Source: an uncultured Alphaproteobacteria bacterium
GTDB taxonomy: Bacteria; Pseudomonadota; Alphaproteobacteria; Sphingomonadales; Sphingomonadaceae
Reading direction: 5' to 3'
Length of the DNA: 64,000 nt
Assembly (NCBI GenBank): GCA_963839145.1
Contig: CAWITR010000003.1
Span: 73,306-137,305 of the forward strand
Shown here: piece by piece, positions 8,906 through 17,922 of the stretch
How the letters are laid out: every line of letters begins with the position of its first letter
Numbering within the stretch: the first letter of the stretch is position 1
The notes under the pieces: model-generated
Database searches by the model: none
What the model was told of the DNA's origin: nothing
Seen by the model: the letters and a program-made list of their open reading frames with translations, nothing else
Program-made: the position numbers and the translations under genes

Positions 8906-9718
8906 TCACTCCGTGAATTTACCGAACGGGACGACCTTGTTGCCGCTGTCGTGACCAATGTCGGCCGGCTTGCCCAATTTGATCCCGCTTCGAGCGCACC
9001 AGTCGGCAACGATCGCCTGCTCGTCGGACCCGAATTCGGGATCGTTCTCGGGGATGTCGGAAGCCCGTCCCAGCCGCATTTGGGCGACCTTTCGGACGTT
9101 TGGATTGGACGTCACGTGAAACATCATCCGATCGATCCGGTAATGGTGCTCGCTAACATCTTCGACGAGCAACTCGACCCCCGCGAAATCCGGTTCAATT
9201 GCTGTGCCAAGGAGATTCGACAAGACGCTGAGATTGAATGCCATCGCCGGTTGCTGGAGGCCGGCTTCGACAGCGGCCTGGTCGCGCCGGACGAGCCAGT
9301 CCAGAGCGCGGTTCACGGCCAAGTCGCCGCCGTCGCGAAGCACGTCCTGCGGCATCGGTCCGTGAGCGACGTTCAGTCCGGCGTTGTGAAGCGCGGCGAG
9401 CAGGAAACCGGCGTCGCTGTAGCCCATGAACGTCTTCGACCGGGCTGTGCCGGGAACATCGCGCATCGCAGCCTCGGCAATCCGATTCGAACCGTAGCCG
9501 CCGCGGGCGAACCACACGGCGTCGACTTCCGGATCGGCCATCGCTTCACACAAGGCGGCGAGCCGCTCCTCGTCCGTGCCGGCGAAGTGGCCGTGCGAAA
9601 GGAAACATTGCGGATGGAACGCCACTTCGCAGTCGCCGCGGCCACGGGCGATCGTCTCCACCTTTCCAGCCGCCTCGCGGCTCAAGGAGTTACTCGGAGC
9701 GACGACTGCAATGCGCAT
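8906..9718 (-). CDS. ldcA: LD-carboxypeptidase (peptidase S66, muramoyltetrapeptide carboxypeptidase-like)
   Basis: Start MRIAVVAPS. Ser-nucleophile motif FMGYSDAGFL. C-terminal ADIGHDSGN supplies the catalytic His. Confidence 0.8.
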   Translation of the reverse strand: MRIAVVAPSNSLSREAAGKVETIARGRGDCEVAFHPQCFLSHGHFAGTDEERLAALCEAMADPEVDAVWFARGGYGSNRIAEAAMRDVPGTARSKTFMGYSDAGFLLAALHNAGLNVAHGPMPQDVLRDGGDLAVNRALDWLVRRDQAAVEAGLQQPAMAFNLSVLSNLLGTAIEPDFAGVELLVEDVSEHHYRIDRMMFHVTSNPNVRKVAQMRLGRASDIPENDPEFGSDEQAIVADWCARSGIKLGKPADIGHDSGNKVVPFGKFTE

Positions 9719-9786
9719 GGTCCCTCGATAGCTTTGCGTCGCGCCCGGAGATAGTGCAGCCTGTAGGTCTCGGGGGAGAGCGACAG

Positions 9787-10407
9787 GTGAACAGATCGCC
9801 ACGATTTGGGATCGCCCTTGCTGCGGCCTCAGTCCTGCTTCTAGCGCCTGCGGCGAGCGCGGATCCTGACCACGCGCCGCATGTGACCATCATCAAGAAC
9901 GACATGGGGCCAGATATCGCAATCCCGGACGGCAGCCCCGTGAAGTTCGATCACTGGAAGGACGGCGAGGCCGTCTTCAAAGGCCAGTTCGTGCTGAGTG
10001 GCACGTTCGAATATTGGTGTGAAATCGGCGATTGCGGCCCCGACGAGCAGCCAATTACGGACGATTTTTTGATGGTCTCGGTCTTTGCGGATCCTGACAT
10101 AGCGGCAAGGCTGCCGCACTGGACGCCTTCCTCATACGACGCGAAAATCGATTGGAAGCACATCGAAGTCGAGCTCCGCAAAGGTGACGCCAAGGTGATC
10201 AAGGCGGTCGTGAGCCCTAAACAGCGAGCTGCGCTGATCGCCGGGAAAGTTCCTCGCATAGAGGGGCGAATCTCGATCCTGGTCAACCACTTCACCGCCG
10301 GGCTGAGCTGCGACAACGGTCCCTATTATGCGGCGGATTTCCTGCGCTTCGCGAAACCCGCGGGAGGCGCGCTGGCGGCGATAGACGGACCGGACAGCTG
10401 CCCCTAG
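9787..10407 (+). CDS. Exported hypothetical protein
   Basis: GTG start behind GGGGGAGAG. Signal peptide ends LLAPAASA. Four Cys in the mature part. No recognisable domain. Confidence 0.5.
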   Translation: MNRSPRFGIALAAASVLLLAPAASADPDHAPHVTIIKNDMGPDIAIPDGSPVKFDHWKDGEAVFKGQFVLSGTFEYWCEIGDCGPDEQPITDDFLMVSVFADPDIAARLPHWTPSSYDAKIDWKHIEVELRKGDAKVIKAVVSPKQRAALIAGKVPRIEGRISILVNHFTAGLSCDNGPYYAADFLRFAKPAGGALAAIDGPDSCP

Positions 10408-10441
10408 CAATCATGCTCCCGGCCCAATAGGGCGCTCCTCA

Positions 10442-11833
10442 ATGACCCAGGCCAGCTATTTCTTCTGCGGGATCGGCGGAAGCGGCATGCTTCCGCTCGC
10501 TTCGATCCTGCGCGCATCCGGCGCGAAGGTCGCCGGGTCCGACCGCTCGCTTGACGCCGGGCGCACCGCCCCGAAGTTCGAATATCTGAAGTCGCTCGGC
10601 ATCAAGCTCTTCCCCCAGGACGGATCCGGAGTCGCGCAGGGCATGACTCTCGTAACCTCGGCGGCGGTCGAGGACAGTGTCCCGGACGTGAAGCGGGCCC
10701 GGGAACTAAACGTGCCGCACCTCCGCCGCCCGGAAATGCTCGCGAAGCTGCTCAACCGGGCGCTCCACAGCGTCGCCGTCGGCGGGACCAGCGGCAAGTC
10801 GACCGTCACCGGCATGATCGGCTGGATTCTCCACGCCAATCATCGCCAGCCGACGGTGATGAATGGGGCCGTGATGAAGAACTTCGTCACCCCGTCGGCA
10901 CCGTTCGCAAGCGCCCTGGTCGGCGATCCCGAGCTGTTCGTAAGCGAAGTCGACGAAAGCGACGGCTCAATCGCGCTCTACAAGCCGGAAGTCGCGGTGC
11001 TCACCAACATCAGCCTCGACCACAAGGAGTTGGAAGAACTTCGCGGGCTATTCGCCGGATTCATCGCCGCCTCGAAAAAGGCGGTCCTCAACCTCGACGA
11101 TCCCGAGACGCGGGCTCTCGCGCAGTCCGTTCCGGGCGAGAAGCTGGCGGGATATGGCTTCGATTCTCCCGGCGCGGATTTCGCCGGACGCAATCTTGAG
11201 CTGCTTCCCGGCGGCGTCCGCTTTCACGTCGAGCACGGGGGCAACAGCCACGAGGTGAAGCTCGCCCTCCCCGGCCGGCACAATGCCTCGAATGCGCTCG
11301 CGGCAGTTGCAGCGGCCCGCCAGCTCGGCGTCGCTGTCGCCGAGTCGGCAGAGGCGCTGCAGCGATTCGAGGGCCTGAGACGGCGGCTGGAGACGGTCGG
11401 AGAGGCGGGCGGAGTGACCGTCCTCGACGATTTCGCCCACAATCCGGACAAGATCGACGCCACGCTGGCGACGATGCGAGCGCAGCCCGGGCGGGTTTTG
11501 ATCCTGTTCCAACCGCACGGATACGGGCCGATCGCGAAAATGGGAGAGCAGCTGGCCGAAAGCTTCGCGGACGGGATGCGCCCGGAAGACCGGCTTTACC
11601 TGCCCGACGCCGTCTATCAGGGCGGGACCGTCAATCGCGCTCGCGGGTCGGAATGGCTGGCGGAACAAATCCGCGGCAAGGGCGGCAACGTCGAGCATGT
11701 GCCGGACAGGGAGACGATCGGTGAAAAGCTTCTCGCTGAAGCCCGTCCCGGCGACCGAATTCTCATAATGGGCGCCCGCGACGACACGCTCGCGGAATTC
11801 GCTCGCAACCTGGTGGACAGGCTGGGGAGCTGA
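10442..11833 (+). CDS. Mur ligase family protein, MurC/Mpl-like
   Basis: MurC-type N-terminus FFCGIGGSGM...GAKVAGSD. P-loop VGGTSGKSTV. DDFAHNP in the C-terminal domain. Confidence 0.8.
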   Translation: MTQASYFFCGIGGSGMLPLASILRASGAKVAGSDRSLDAGRTAPKFEYLKSLGIKLFPQDGSGVAQGMTLVTSAAVEDSVPDVKRARELNVPHLRRPEMLAKLLNRALHSVAVGGTSGKSTVTGMIGWILHANHRQPTVMNGAVMKNFVTPSAPFASALVGDPELFVSEVDESDGSIALYKPEVAVLTNISLDHKELEELRGLFAGFIAASKKAVLNLDDPETRALAQSVPGEKLAGYGFDSPGADFAGRNLELLPGGVRFHVEHGGNSHEVKLALPGRHNASNALAAVAAARQLGVAVAESAEALQRFEGLRRRLETVGEAGGVTVLDDFAHNPDKIDATLATMRAQPGRVLILFQPHGYGPIAKMGEQLAESFADGMRPEDRLYLPDAVYQGGTVNRARGSEWLAEQIRGKGGNVEHVPDRETIGEKLLAEARPGDRILIMGARDDTLAEFARNLVDRLGS

Positions 11834-11844
11834 AACCCGCGACC

Positions 11845-12246
11845 ATGACGGCGGTTTCAACAAGCATGGCCGGCTACGTCACAGGCTGGAAGCTTCCACG
11901 CGACGGCGAGCGCGCCCGTCTGCTCGAGCGCTTTCCGCCAAAATACGAGCGGACCATCGCCGATCACGTAACGCTTCAGGCGGGGGCTTCGGAGCAGACC
12001 CCCCTCCCCCGCGAGGTTGAGGCGCGGATCGTTGGTCAGGCCGACGACGGCGCCAGCCTCGAGTGCCTTGTCGTCGAGATCGACGGGACAACCGACCGGC
12101 CCGACGGCTCCACCTATCACATCACCTGGTCTCTTGGTCGCGAGCGCAAGGCGAAGGAAAGCAACGATGTCCTGCGGGATCTGGGCTGGCAGCGGCTGGA
12201 GCGGACGATCCCGATCAAGCTCGACCCGGCGAAGTTCAAATGGTGA
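11845..12246 (+). CDS. Hypothetical protein with two H-x-T-x motifs (possible small 2H-phosphoesterase-like fold)
   Basis: DHVTLQ and YHITWS lie about 52 aa apart. It starts 12 nt after the ligase stop, and its stop overlaps the next gene's start (ATGGTGA). Confidence 0.5.
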   Translation: MTAVSTSMAGYVTGWKLPRDGERARLLERFPPKYERTIADHVTLQAGASEQTPLPREVEARIVGQADDGASLECLVVEIDGTTDRPDGSTYHITWSLGRERKAKESNDVLRDLGWQRLERTIPIKLDPAKFKW

Positions 12247-12734
12247 AGACGAAGCCGCATCTGTTCCTCGATTGCGACGGGGTGCTCGCCGACTTTGACG
12301 CGGGCGCGAAGCGGCTGCTCGGGATGAGCCCGGCTGCGTTCGAGGAGCGGCATGGAAAGGGCGAATTCTGGAGGCGGCTTGCGCGGGCGCGCAATTTTTA
12401 CGGCGAGCTGGAGCAGATGCCGGACGCGGAGGTGCTGTTCCAGGCAGTCAAGCACCTGAAGCCGACTATCCTCACCGGCTTACCGCTGGGAAAGTGGGCG
12501 GCGCCGCAAAAGGAGCGCTGGGCCGAAGAGCATTTTCCCGGCGTGCCGATCATCACGACCATGGCCAGCAAGAAGCATCTCCACATGGAGCCGGGGGACG
12601 TGCTGGTCGATGACCGCGAAAACCACCGGCACCTGTGGGAGGAAGCCGGCGGCATTTTCGTGCACCACAAGAATGCGAGGGATACGATCCGCCAGCTGGC
12701 GGCGATCTATCCGTCAGTGAAAGTGGACGCCTGA
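12240..12734 (+). CDS. HAD-superfamily 5'(3')-deoxyribonucleotidase-like (NT5C family)
   Basis: Start MVKTKPHLFLDCDGVLADFD, which carries DxDGVLADF HAD motif I. Later VLVDDR. Confidence 0.7.
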   Translation: MVKTKPHLFLDCDGVLADFDAGAKRLLGMSPAAFEERHGKGEFWRRLARARNFYGELEQMPDAEVLFQAVKHLKPTILTGLPLGKWAAPQKERWAEEHFPGVPIITTMASKKHLHMEPGDVLVDDRENHRHLWEEAGGIFVHHKNARDTIRQLAAIYPSVKVDA

Positions 12735-12740
12735 GCGTCC
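12725..12740. terminator. Short hairpin spanning the stop codon between convergent genes
   Basis: GGACGC-ctga-GCGTCC. Confidence 0.3.
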
Positions 12741-12743
12741 GGA

Positions 12744-13295
12744 TTACGCAGCTGCGCGGATATCGACCTTTTCGACCCACTCCGGCCAGAACGCCGGTTC
12801 GCGGCTCGACCAGCCGGGAGCGGTTGCTGCGCTTTCGCTGATCGACTGCAGGAGTGTGCGCCGACGGTCCGGGTGAAGGTGCGGAAGCGCCGCTGCCGAG
12901 CAGAACGAGGCGGGAAGCCACGGACGGGCGGAGGCTCCGACCAGCCGCTCATATAGAAAGCGGAACGCGGCGAAATTCGGCAGCCGGTCCTGCCCGAGGT
13001 CAAAGGCTGCAAGAGTAATGAGAGTGCCCATGAACGGCTCGATCATGTCGAGTCCGCTGTCGTCGGGAACCTGCATCCTAAGATGATCGAGCTGCTTGTA
13101 GAGCCGGCTCTGGGCGCGGATCGACGCGGCCTCACCCTCGTCGCGGGCCCAACAGTCGATCGCGTCGCGGCGACCGTATGCCACATCGAGCGAACGGCGG
13201 ATGTAACGCTGGGTTGCCTTGGAAAACCCCGCGAATTCCTTCATTTCCGAGATCAGCAACGGCCCGTTTGCTGGCTGGCTGGTTCTCGTAATCAT
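12744..13295 (-). CDS. Hypothetical protein
   Basis: 183-aa ORF with no competing frame and no recognised motif. Confidence 0.45.
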   Translation of the reverse strand: MITRTSQPANGPLLISEMKEFAGFSKATQRYIRRSLDVAYGRRDAIDCWARDEGEAASIRAQSRLYKQLDHLRMQVPDDSGLDMIEPFMGTLITLAAFDLGQDRLPNFAAFRFLYERLVGASARPWLPASFCSAAALPHLHPDRRRTLLQSISESAATAPGWSSREPAFWPEWVEKVDIRAAA

Positions 13296-13479
13296 GATCC
13301 CAACTCCTTTTGCCCAAGCGGGATCATGCGGTTTTTATGGTTGCGTAAGTCTTAACCACTTGTCCCACCCCCATTCACCATTGAATCAGAGGGGAGACAG
13401 CTTCGCAACGTTAATATTTCACGCGGCCGGACAAGGGCCCCGGGTGTTGATTATCGGCAACGCAATCGAAACGCATCCG

Positions 13480-13716
13480 TCACGGTTTCGACTCGTCCTC
13501 GTCGTCGAATCCCGACGACGGCACCGGCCCGTTGTCCTCCGGGCGGACGACAGAGGGCGGATCCGACGCATCCATTGATTCGTCGCTTCCGACATCGACT
13601 TTCGCGTCGCGGTCGTGCGGATGTTCGCGAAGTTTCTCTTCCAGCTCCGGCTCGGGATTCTTTTGCTCGACCACCGGCGGTGGCCGCCGGCGCTTATGTT
13701 CATTCGGTTGATTCAC
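13480..13716 (-). CDS. Small acidic hypothetical protein (78 aa)
   Basis: Acidic and Pro-rich. A GGAAC-N17-CGTT motif lies upstream. Confidence 0.5.
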   Translation of the reverse strand: MNQPNEHKRRRPPPVVEQKNPEPELEEKLREHPHDRDAKVDVGSDESMDASDPPSVVRPEDNGPVPSSGFDDEDESKP

Positions 13717-13749
13717 TGCCTGTCACTCCGGCGTTCGGTTCGCGCTTAG

Positions 13750-13775
13750 AACGAGCGGAATTGGACAGGCGTTCC
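13750..13775 (-). promoter_or_regulatory. Candidate EcfG-type (general stress response sigma factor) promoter
   Basis: Minus strand reads GGAAC-gcctgtccaattccgct-CGTT, a perfect GGAAC-N17-CGTT about 34 nt upstream of the ATG at 13716. Confidence 0.45.
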
Positions 13776-13872
13776 GGCAAGTGTCGCAGTTTCGACCGGC
13801 GGTTCGGCACGTTCTGCGAACATGTAGCCTCCGTCATGGCCGCTGCACCCCGCAAGGAGTAAAAGCGCGCCA

Positions 13873-15087
13873 ATGAAACCGCTTCGGCATCCTCTCCGCG
13901 AAAAAAGCTTTTCCGACTGGCCATTGGCCGTGAGGTCGATCCTCGGCTTCTGGCTTTTCTACGCGCTGACAGTCGTTCTTCGCGCCTTCCTTGGCCGCGA
14001 TCCGGTGACGGTGCTTGAGCACAGATCTTTGACGATCAGCGTCGGAATCGTTCTGACCTTCGGCATCTGGGCCGTGCTTGCGCTGCTGACCAAAGGGGCT
14101 GGGCTTCGGCGACGGGCGGTGGTCGCCGTCAGCGCGTCGGTTACGGCTGCGGCGCTGATGGCCGGCATCCTGCTCTTCGCTCAGCGCTACCAGGAGAAGC
14201 CTCAGGACGAGACTCACTATGTCTCCGCCGAGGGGTACCGGATCACCGACCTCGGGAATTCGACCCGAATCGAGCGCGACGGACAGCAACCGCTCGTCGT
14301 GACCTGGCCGCCGGTGAGCCAGCTGCCGCCTTACGAGCAGTTCCGGATGGCCGCCGACCTGATGGTGGCGTGGCTATTCTTCTTCATGGCGTGGAGCGCA
14401 TTCTATCTGGCGATCAAGGCGCAGGCCCTGGCACTTACTGCCGAACGGCGCGCTGCAGACGCCGAGAGTGCAGCGCAGGCTTCGCAACTCCGGGCGTTGC
14501 GGTACCAGGTGAACCCGCATTTTCTGTTCAACACGTTGAACTCCCTGTCGTCGCTTGTGATGACCGGACGCAACGACCGGGCGGAAGCGATGCTTCTGGC
14601 GCTATCCACGTTTTTCCGAAGCAGCCTCTCGCTCGATCCTGCAGCCGACATCACTCTGGCTCAGGAGATCGATCTTCAGCGGCTTTATCTGGAAATCGAA
14701 AAAACCCGCTTTCCGGACAGGCTGCAGGTCAAGATCGACGTTCCGGACAAGTTGAAGTCGGCACGGCTCCCGGCTCTGATCCTTCAGCCGATCGTCGAAA
14801 ATGCGATCAAATACGGTGTTTCCAAGACGCGCCAGAAGGTGCTGGTCCGGATCGCCGCCGAGAACGTAAGTGACAGCCGAATGGCAATAACCGTCACCAA
14901 TCAGCTGACAAACGGCCGGAAAAACGACCTTCCCGCGGCAACGCACGAAGGCACTGGGCTGGGCCTGGCCAATGTCAGCGAGAGGCTTGAGACGCGCTTC
15001 GGCTCTCAGGGCGACTGCCGGTACGGTCCGGTTCCCAATGGCGGTTACAAGGTGACGCTGACGATGCCGGTGCAGACCAATGACTGA
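13873..15087 (+). CDS. LytS/YehU-type sensor histidine kinase
   Basis: N-terminal transmembrane segments. PF06580-type H box LRYQVNPHFLFNTLNSL. N box VENAIKYG. G box GTGLGLANV. Confidence 0.85.
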   Translation: MKPLRHPLREKSFSDWPLAVRSILGFWLFYALTVVLRAFLGRDPVTVLEHRSLTISVGIVLTFGIWAVLALLTKGAGLRRRAVVAVSASVTAAALMAGILLFAQRYQEKPQDETHYVSAEGYRITDLGNSTRIERDGQQPLVVTWPPVSQLPPYEQFRMAADLMVAWLFFFMAWSAFYLAIKAQALALTAERRAADAESAAQASQLRALRYQVNPHFLFNTLNSLSSLVMTGRNDRAEAMLLALSTFFRSSLSLDPAADITLAQEIDLQRLYLEIEKTRFPDRLQVKIDVPDKLKSARLPALILQPIVENAIKYGVSKTRQKVLVRIAAENVSDSRMAITVTNQLTNGRKNDLPAATHEGTGLGLANVSERLETRFGSQGDCRYGPVPNGGYKVTLTMPVQTND

Positions 15088-15829
15088 CCCTGCTCCGCTC
15101 CGGGTTCTGATCGCCGACGACGAGCCGCTCGCGGCGGAGCGGCTGCAGGTTCTGCTCGCGCGGTCCAAAGGGGCGACCCTCGTGGGAACGGCAAGCGACG
15201 GCGAGTCCGCGATCAGCCTCGCCGAAGAGCTCTCTCCCGACCTGCTGCTGCTCGACATCGCAATGCCGGGGCTCGACGGGATCGACGTTGCCCGTTCGCT
15301 CGCCAAACAAGAACCGAGCCCGGCGGTCGTGTTCGTCACCGCGTTCGACCAGTTCGCAGTCGCCGCTTTCGAGGTCGCGGCCGTCGATTACCTGATGAAG
15401 CCGGTCGATCCAGAACGGCTGCAGATCGCGCTCGATAGGGCGCGCGACTATATCGACCATCGCCGTACTCCGGCTGGCAAAGGCGAGGCTGCGTCCCAGT
15501 GGATCGAGGAATTCTGGGCCTCCGACCTTAGCGGTCTCGCAAGAATAGCCGCCAAGGACATCGACAGGGTTTCGGCTGAGCGCGACTACATGCGGCTTCA
15601 CGTCGGGCGGCGAAGCTGGCTCATTCACCACTCGATGACGGCGCTCGAGGAGGGGTTGGATCCTTCGCTGTTTGTGCGGCTGCATCGCTCGGCGATCGTG
15701 CGCAAAGACTTCATCACCGGATTCACGCGCAATCCGTCGGGGCGCTGGATCGCCCGGCTGGCCGACGGGACCGAGCAGCCGGTCGGCCGGCTCTATTCGG
15801 ACCGGGTCCGCGCAATCGCCGGGCGCTAA
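15080..15829 (+). CDS. LytR/AlgR-family response regulator (receiver + LytTR DNA-binding domain)
   Basis: Receiver region VLIADDEPL...LLLLDIAMPGLDG. LytTR-like C-terminus. Overlaps the kinase gene by 8 nt. Confidence 0.9.
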   Translation: MTDPAPLRVLIADDEPLAAERLQVLLARSKGATLVGTASDGESAISLAEELSPDLLLLDIAMPGLDGIDVARSLAKQEPSPAVVFVTAFDQFAVAAFEVAAVDYLMKPVDPERLQIALDRARDYIDHRRTPAGKGEAASQWIEEFWASDLSGLARIAAKDIDRVSAERDYMRLHVGRRSWLIHHSMTALEEGLDPSLFVRLHRSAIVRKDFITGFTRNPSGRWIARLADGTEQPVGRLYSDRVRAIAGR

Positions 15830-17109
15830 GACCCGCGGCGCGTCCGCCGGTCCACTGCTCCAGCGACGGCAACATCCATCGTAACGTTGCCGACCGTTCG
15901 GAACATGTCGGGCACGGGTTCGACCGCAATCAGCATCCCGAGCGGAGCAATCGGCACGCCCATCGCCATGCAGATCGGCGCGATCGACGTGAAATAGCTC
16001 ACCTGCCCCGGAAGCCCGGGCGCCGAAATCGACGCGAACGTCGCTACCGCAACTCCGGCGGCGAAAGCGGCGAACCCAAGGTGCATCCCCAGCACGTTTG
16101 CGATGAAGATCACCACCGCGATGTTCATCGCCGGCCCGGTCACTCGAAAAAGCGCCGCCGCCAGCGGAATGACTGTGTCGGCCGTCAAGGTCGTCACTCC
16201 CAGCCGACGGGCGGAGACGAGCATCACCGGAAGCGATCCAGTCGAAGATTGAGTTGAAAAAGCAATCGCCTGGGTCGGCGCCAGTGCGCGTGAAAAGGCG
16301 GCAAGGCCGAATCCCGCTGCCGCCACGGCAACAGCATAGCCCAGCGCGATTAGGATCAAGGCCACTGCGATATAAAGAACCAGGAACCGGGCAACCGCGG
16401 CGAAGACCCCCGTGCCCGATGCCGCTCCCGCGACGAATGCCAGGGCGAACACGCCGACGGGCGCCAGCCGCAAGATCCAGCCGATGATGACCAGCATTGC
16501 GTCGCCGACCGAACGGAACAGATCGACCAGGGGCTTTCGGCTGTCGCGATCGAGAAACGTCAGCGCGAGCGCGAACAGCAACGTGAAAACGACGATCTGC
16601 AGCATCTGATCGCCCGCGGCAGCGGCGAAGATGTTCGATGGGACGAAGGATCGAACGAAGTCACTGAAGTTGGCGACCGACCCCTGGACCTCGCTTGGAT
16701 TTACCGCGGCAAATCCGGCGCGCATCGCCTGCTCGGCGTCAGGGGAAAGTGGAAAAAAGCCGAGAAGCAGCGGAGTCGCGACTGCTCCGATAGTCGCAGA
16801 GACGAAATAGAGCGCAAGGAACAGCGCCACCGACAGGCTCGCGACCCGTCCTTCGCTTGCAATTTCAGCGCTCCCTACGATTCCCTTGACTAGCAGCGCG
16901 ACGACCAGCGGGATCACCGTCATCTTCAACGCGTCGAGCCAAAGGCCGCCGATCGTGCCGACAATCGAGGTTGCAAGGTCGCGCGCTTGCGGATCGAGAC
17001 CATCCGCGACCATACCTGCCCCAAGGCCAAGGAGAAGCGCGGCGACGATGACCCACGCGCTTACTCCAAACGGCTTTTGTGGCAGGTCTGCTTCGCTGCT
17101 GTCGGTCAA
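15826..17109 (-). CDS. Dicarboxylate/amino acid:cation symporter (DAACS family)
   Basis: About 10 hydrophobic segments and DAACS-like regions (SSTGSLPVM..., GVPIAPLGMLIAVEPVPDMFRTVGNVT). TTG start shares TTGA with the upstream gene's stop. Confidence 0.8.
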   Translation of the reverse strand: MTDSSEADLPQKPFGVSAWVIVAALLLGLGAGMVADGLDPQARDLATSIVGTIGGLWLDALKMTVIPLVVALLVKGIVGSAEIASEGRVASLSVALFLALYFVSATIGAVATPLLLGFFPLSPDAEQAMRAGFAAVNPSEVQGSVANFSDFVRSFVPSNIFAAAAGDQMLQIVVFTLLFALALTFLDRDSRKPLVDLFRSVGDAMLVIIGWILRLAPVGVFALAFVAGAASGTGVFAAVARFLVLYIAVALILIALGYAVAVAAAGFGLAAFSRALAPTQAIAFSTQSSTGSLPVMLVSARRLGVTTLTADTVIPLAAALFRVTGPAMNIAVVIFIANVLGMHLGFAAFAAGVAVATFASISAPGLPGQVSYFTSIAPICMAMGVPIAPLGMLIAVEPVPDMFRTVGNVTMDVAVAGAVDRRTRRGS

Positions 17110-17868
17110 GCGGGTTTCCGGAAGCGGAACAGAACTCGATCGGTGTTGCCCCGAATCTTGGGATCGAACACCTTGAGCGTGTGATTGTCGGCCGGGTTGC
17201 GAAGCAGGTCGCTGCTCCCTGCAGTAACGAAGCCGGCGCTTTCGAAGTCGCCCTTCAGAGTGGCCGGATCGATCCGGTGGAGCTCATTGGCGGTCGCCCT
17301 GGTGTCGCCGGGGTTCGCGACATGATCTATGACACCGACAACCGCCCCCGGCTTCATTGCCGCATAAAGGGACTTCAGCCAGTTGCGCGGCTCGACCTGC
17401 GGAACGCCTCGGCTGGAATGGTCGACGTAAAGGTCGTGATAATTGAGGTTGAAAATGGCGAAATCGTAGCGGTTCTTGCCGAAGTCGGGCGCTTGCAGCG
17501 GACTTTGGATCAGCCTGACGTTGGAGTGCGCCTTTTGCGAAAGGCGCAAACGCCGCGTTTGCCTTGTCGCTGTAGAATTGGCTCGGCTCCCAGATTGTCT
17601 CCGATCCCTTGGGGCCGACCACAGGGGCGATGATTTCCGCCCAGTAGCGGTTGGCCCCGAACAGATCGAGGACCTGCATTCCGCGCTTGAGGCCCAGGAA
17701 CGACAGCACCGCGGCAGGCTTGCGCGACGAGTCCAGCTTGACGTTCTCTGGATCGCGGGCGGGGTTAGCGACGGCCGCGGCGATCGTGCCTGGGGCCGGC
17801 GGAGCGGCGGGCGCTATTCCAGCGAGGGACACGGCCGCAATTGCGAAAATCACCTTGCGCATGAGCAT
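17106..17868 (-). pseudogene. Exported class I methyltransferase-fold protein, reading frame broken near 17540-17546
   Basis: ORF 17284..17868 carries the signal peptide and VLDLFGANRYW. It continues in ORF 17106..17549 (QKAHSNVRLIQSP...LHRIDPATLKGDFESAGF). The joined sequence is collinear with the intact paralogue at 44005..44790. Confidence 0.7.
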
Positions 17869-17922
17869 CTCCTTCCTGCCGACGTTATCGCGCCAGCAGA
17901 ATTAGCGCCAGCAGGAGCAGCA

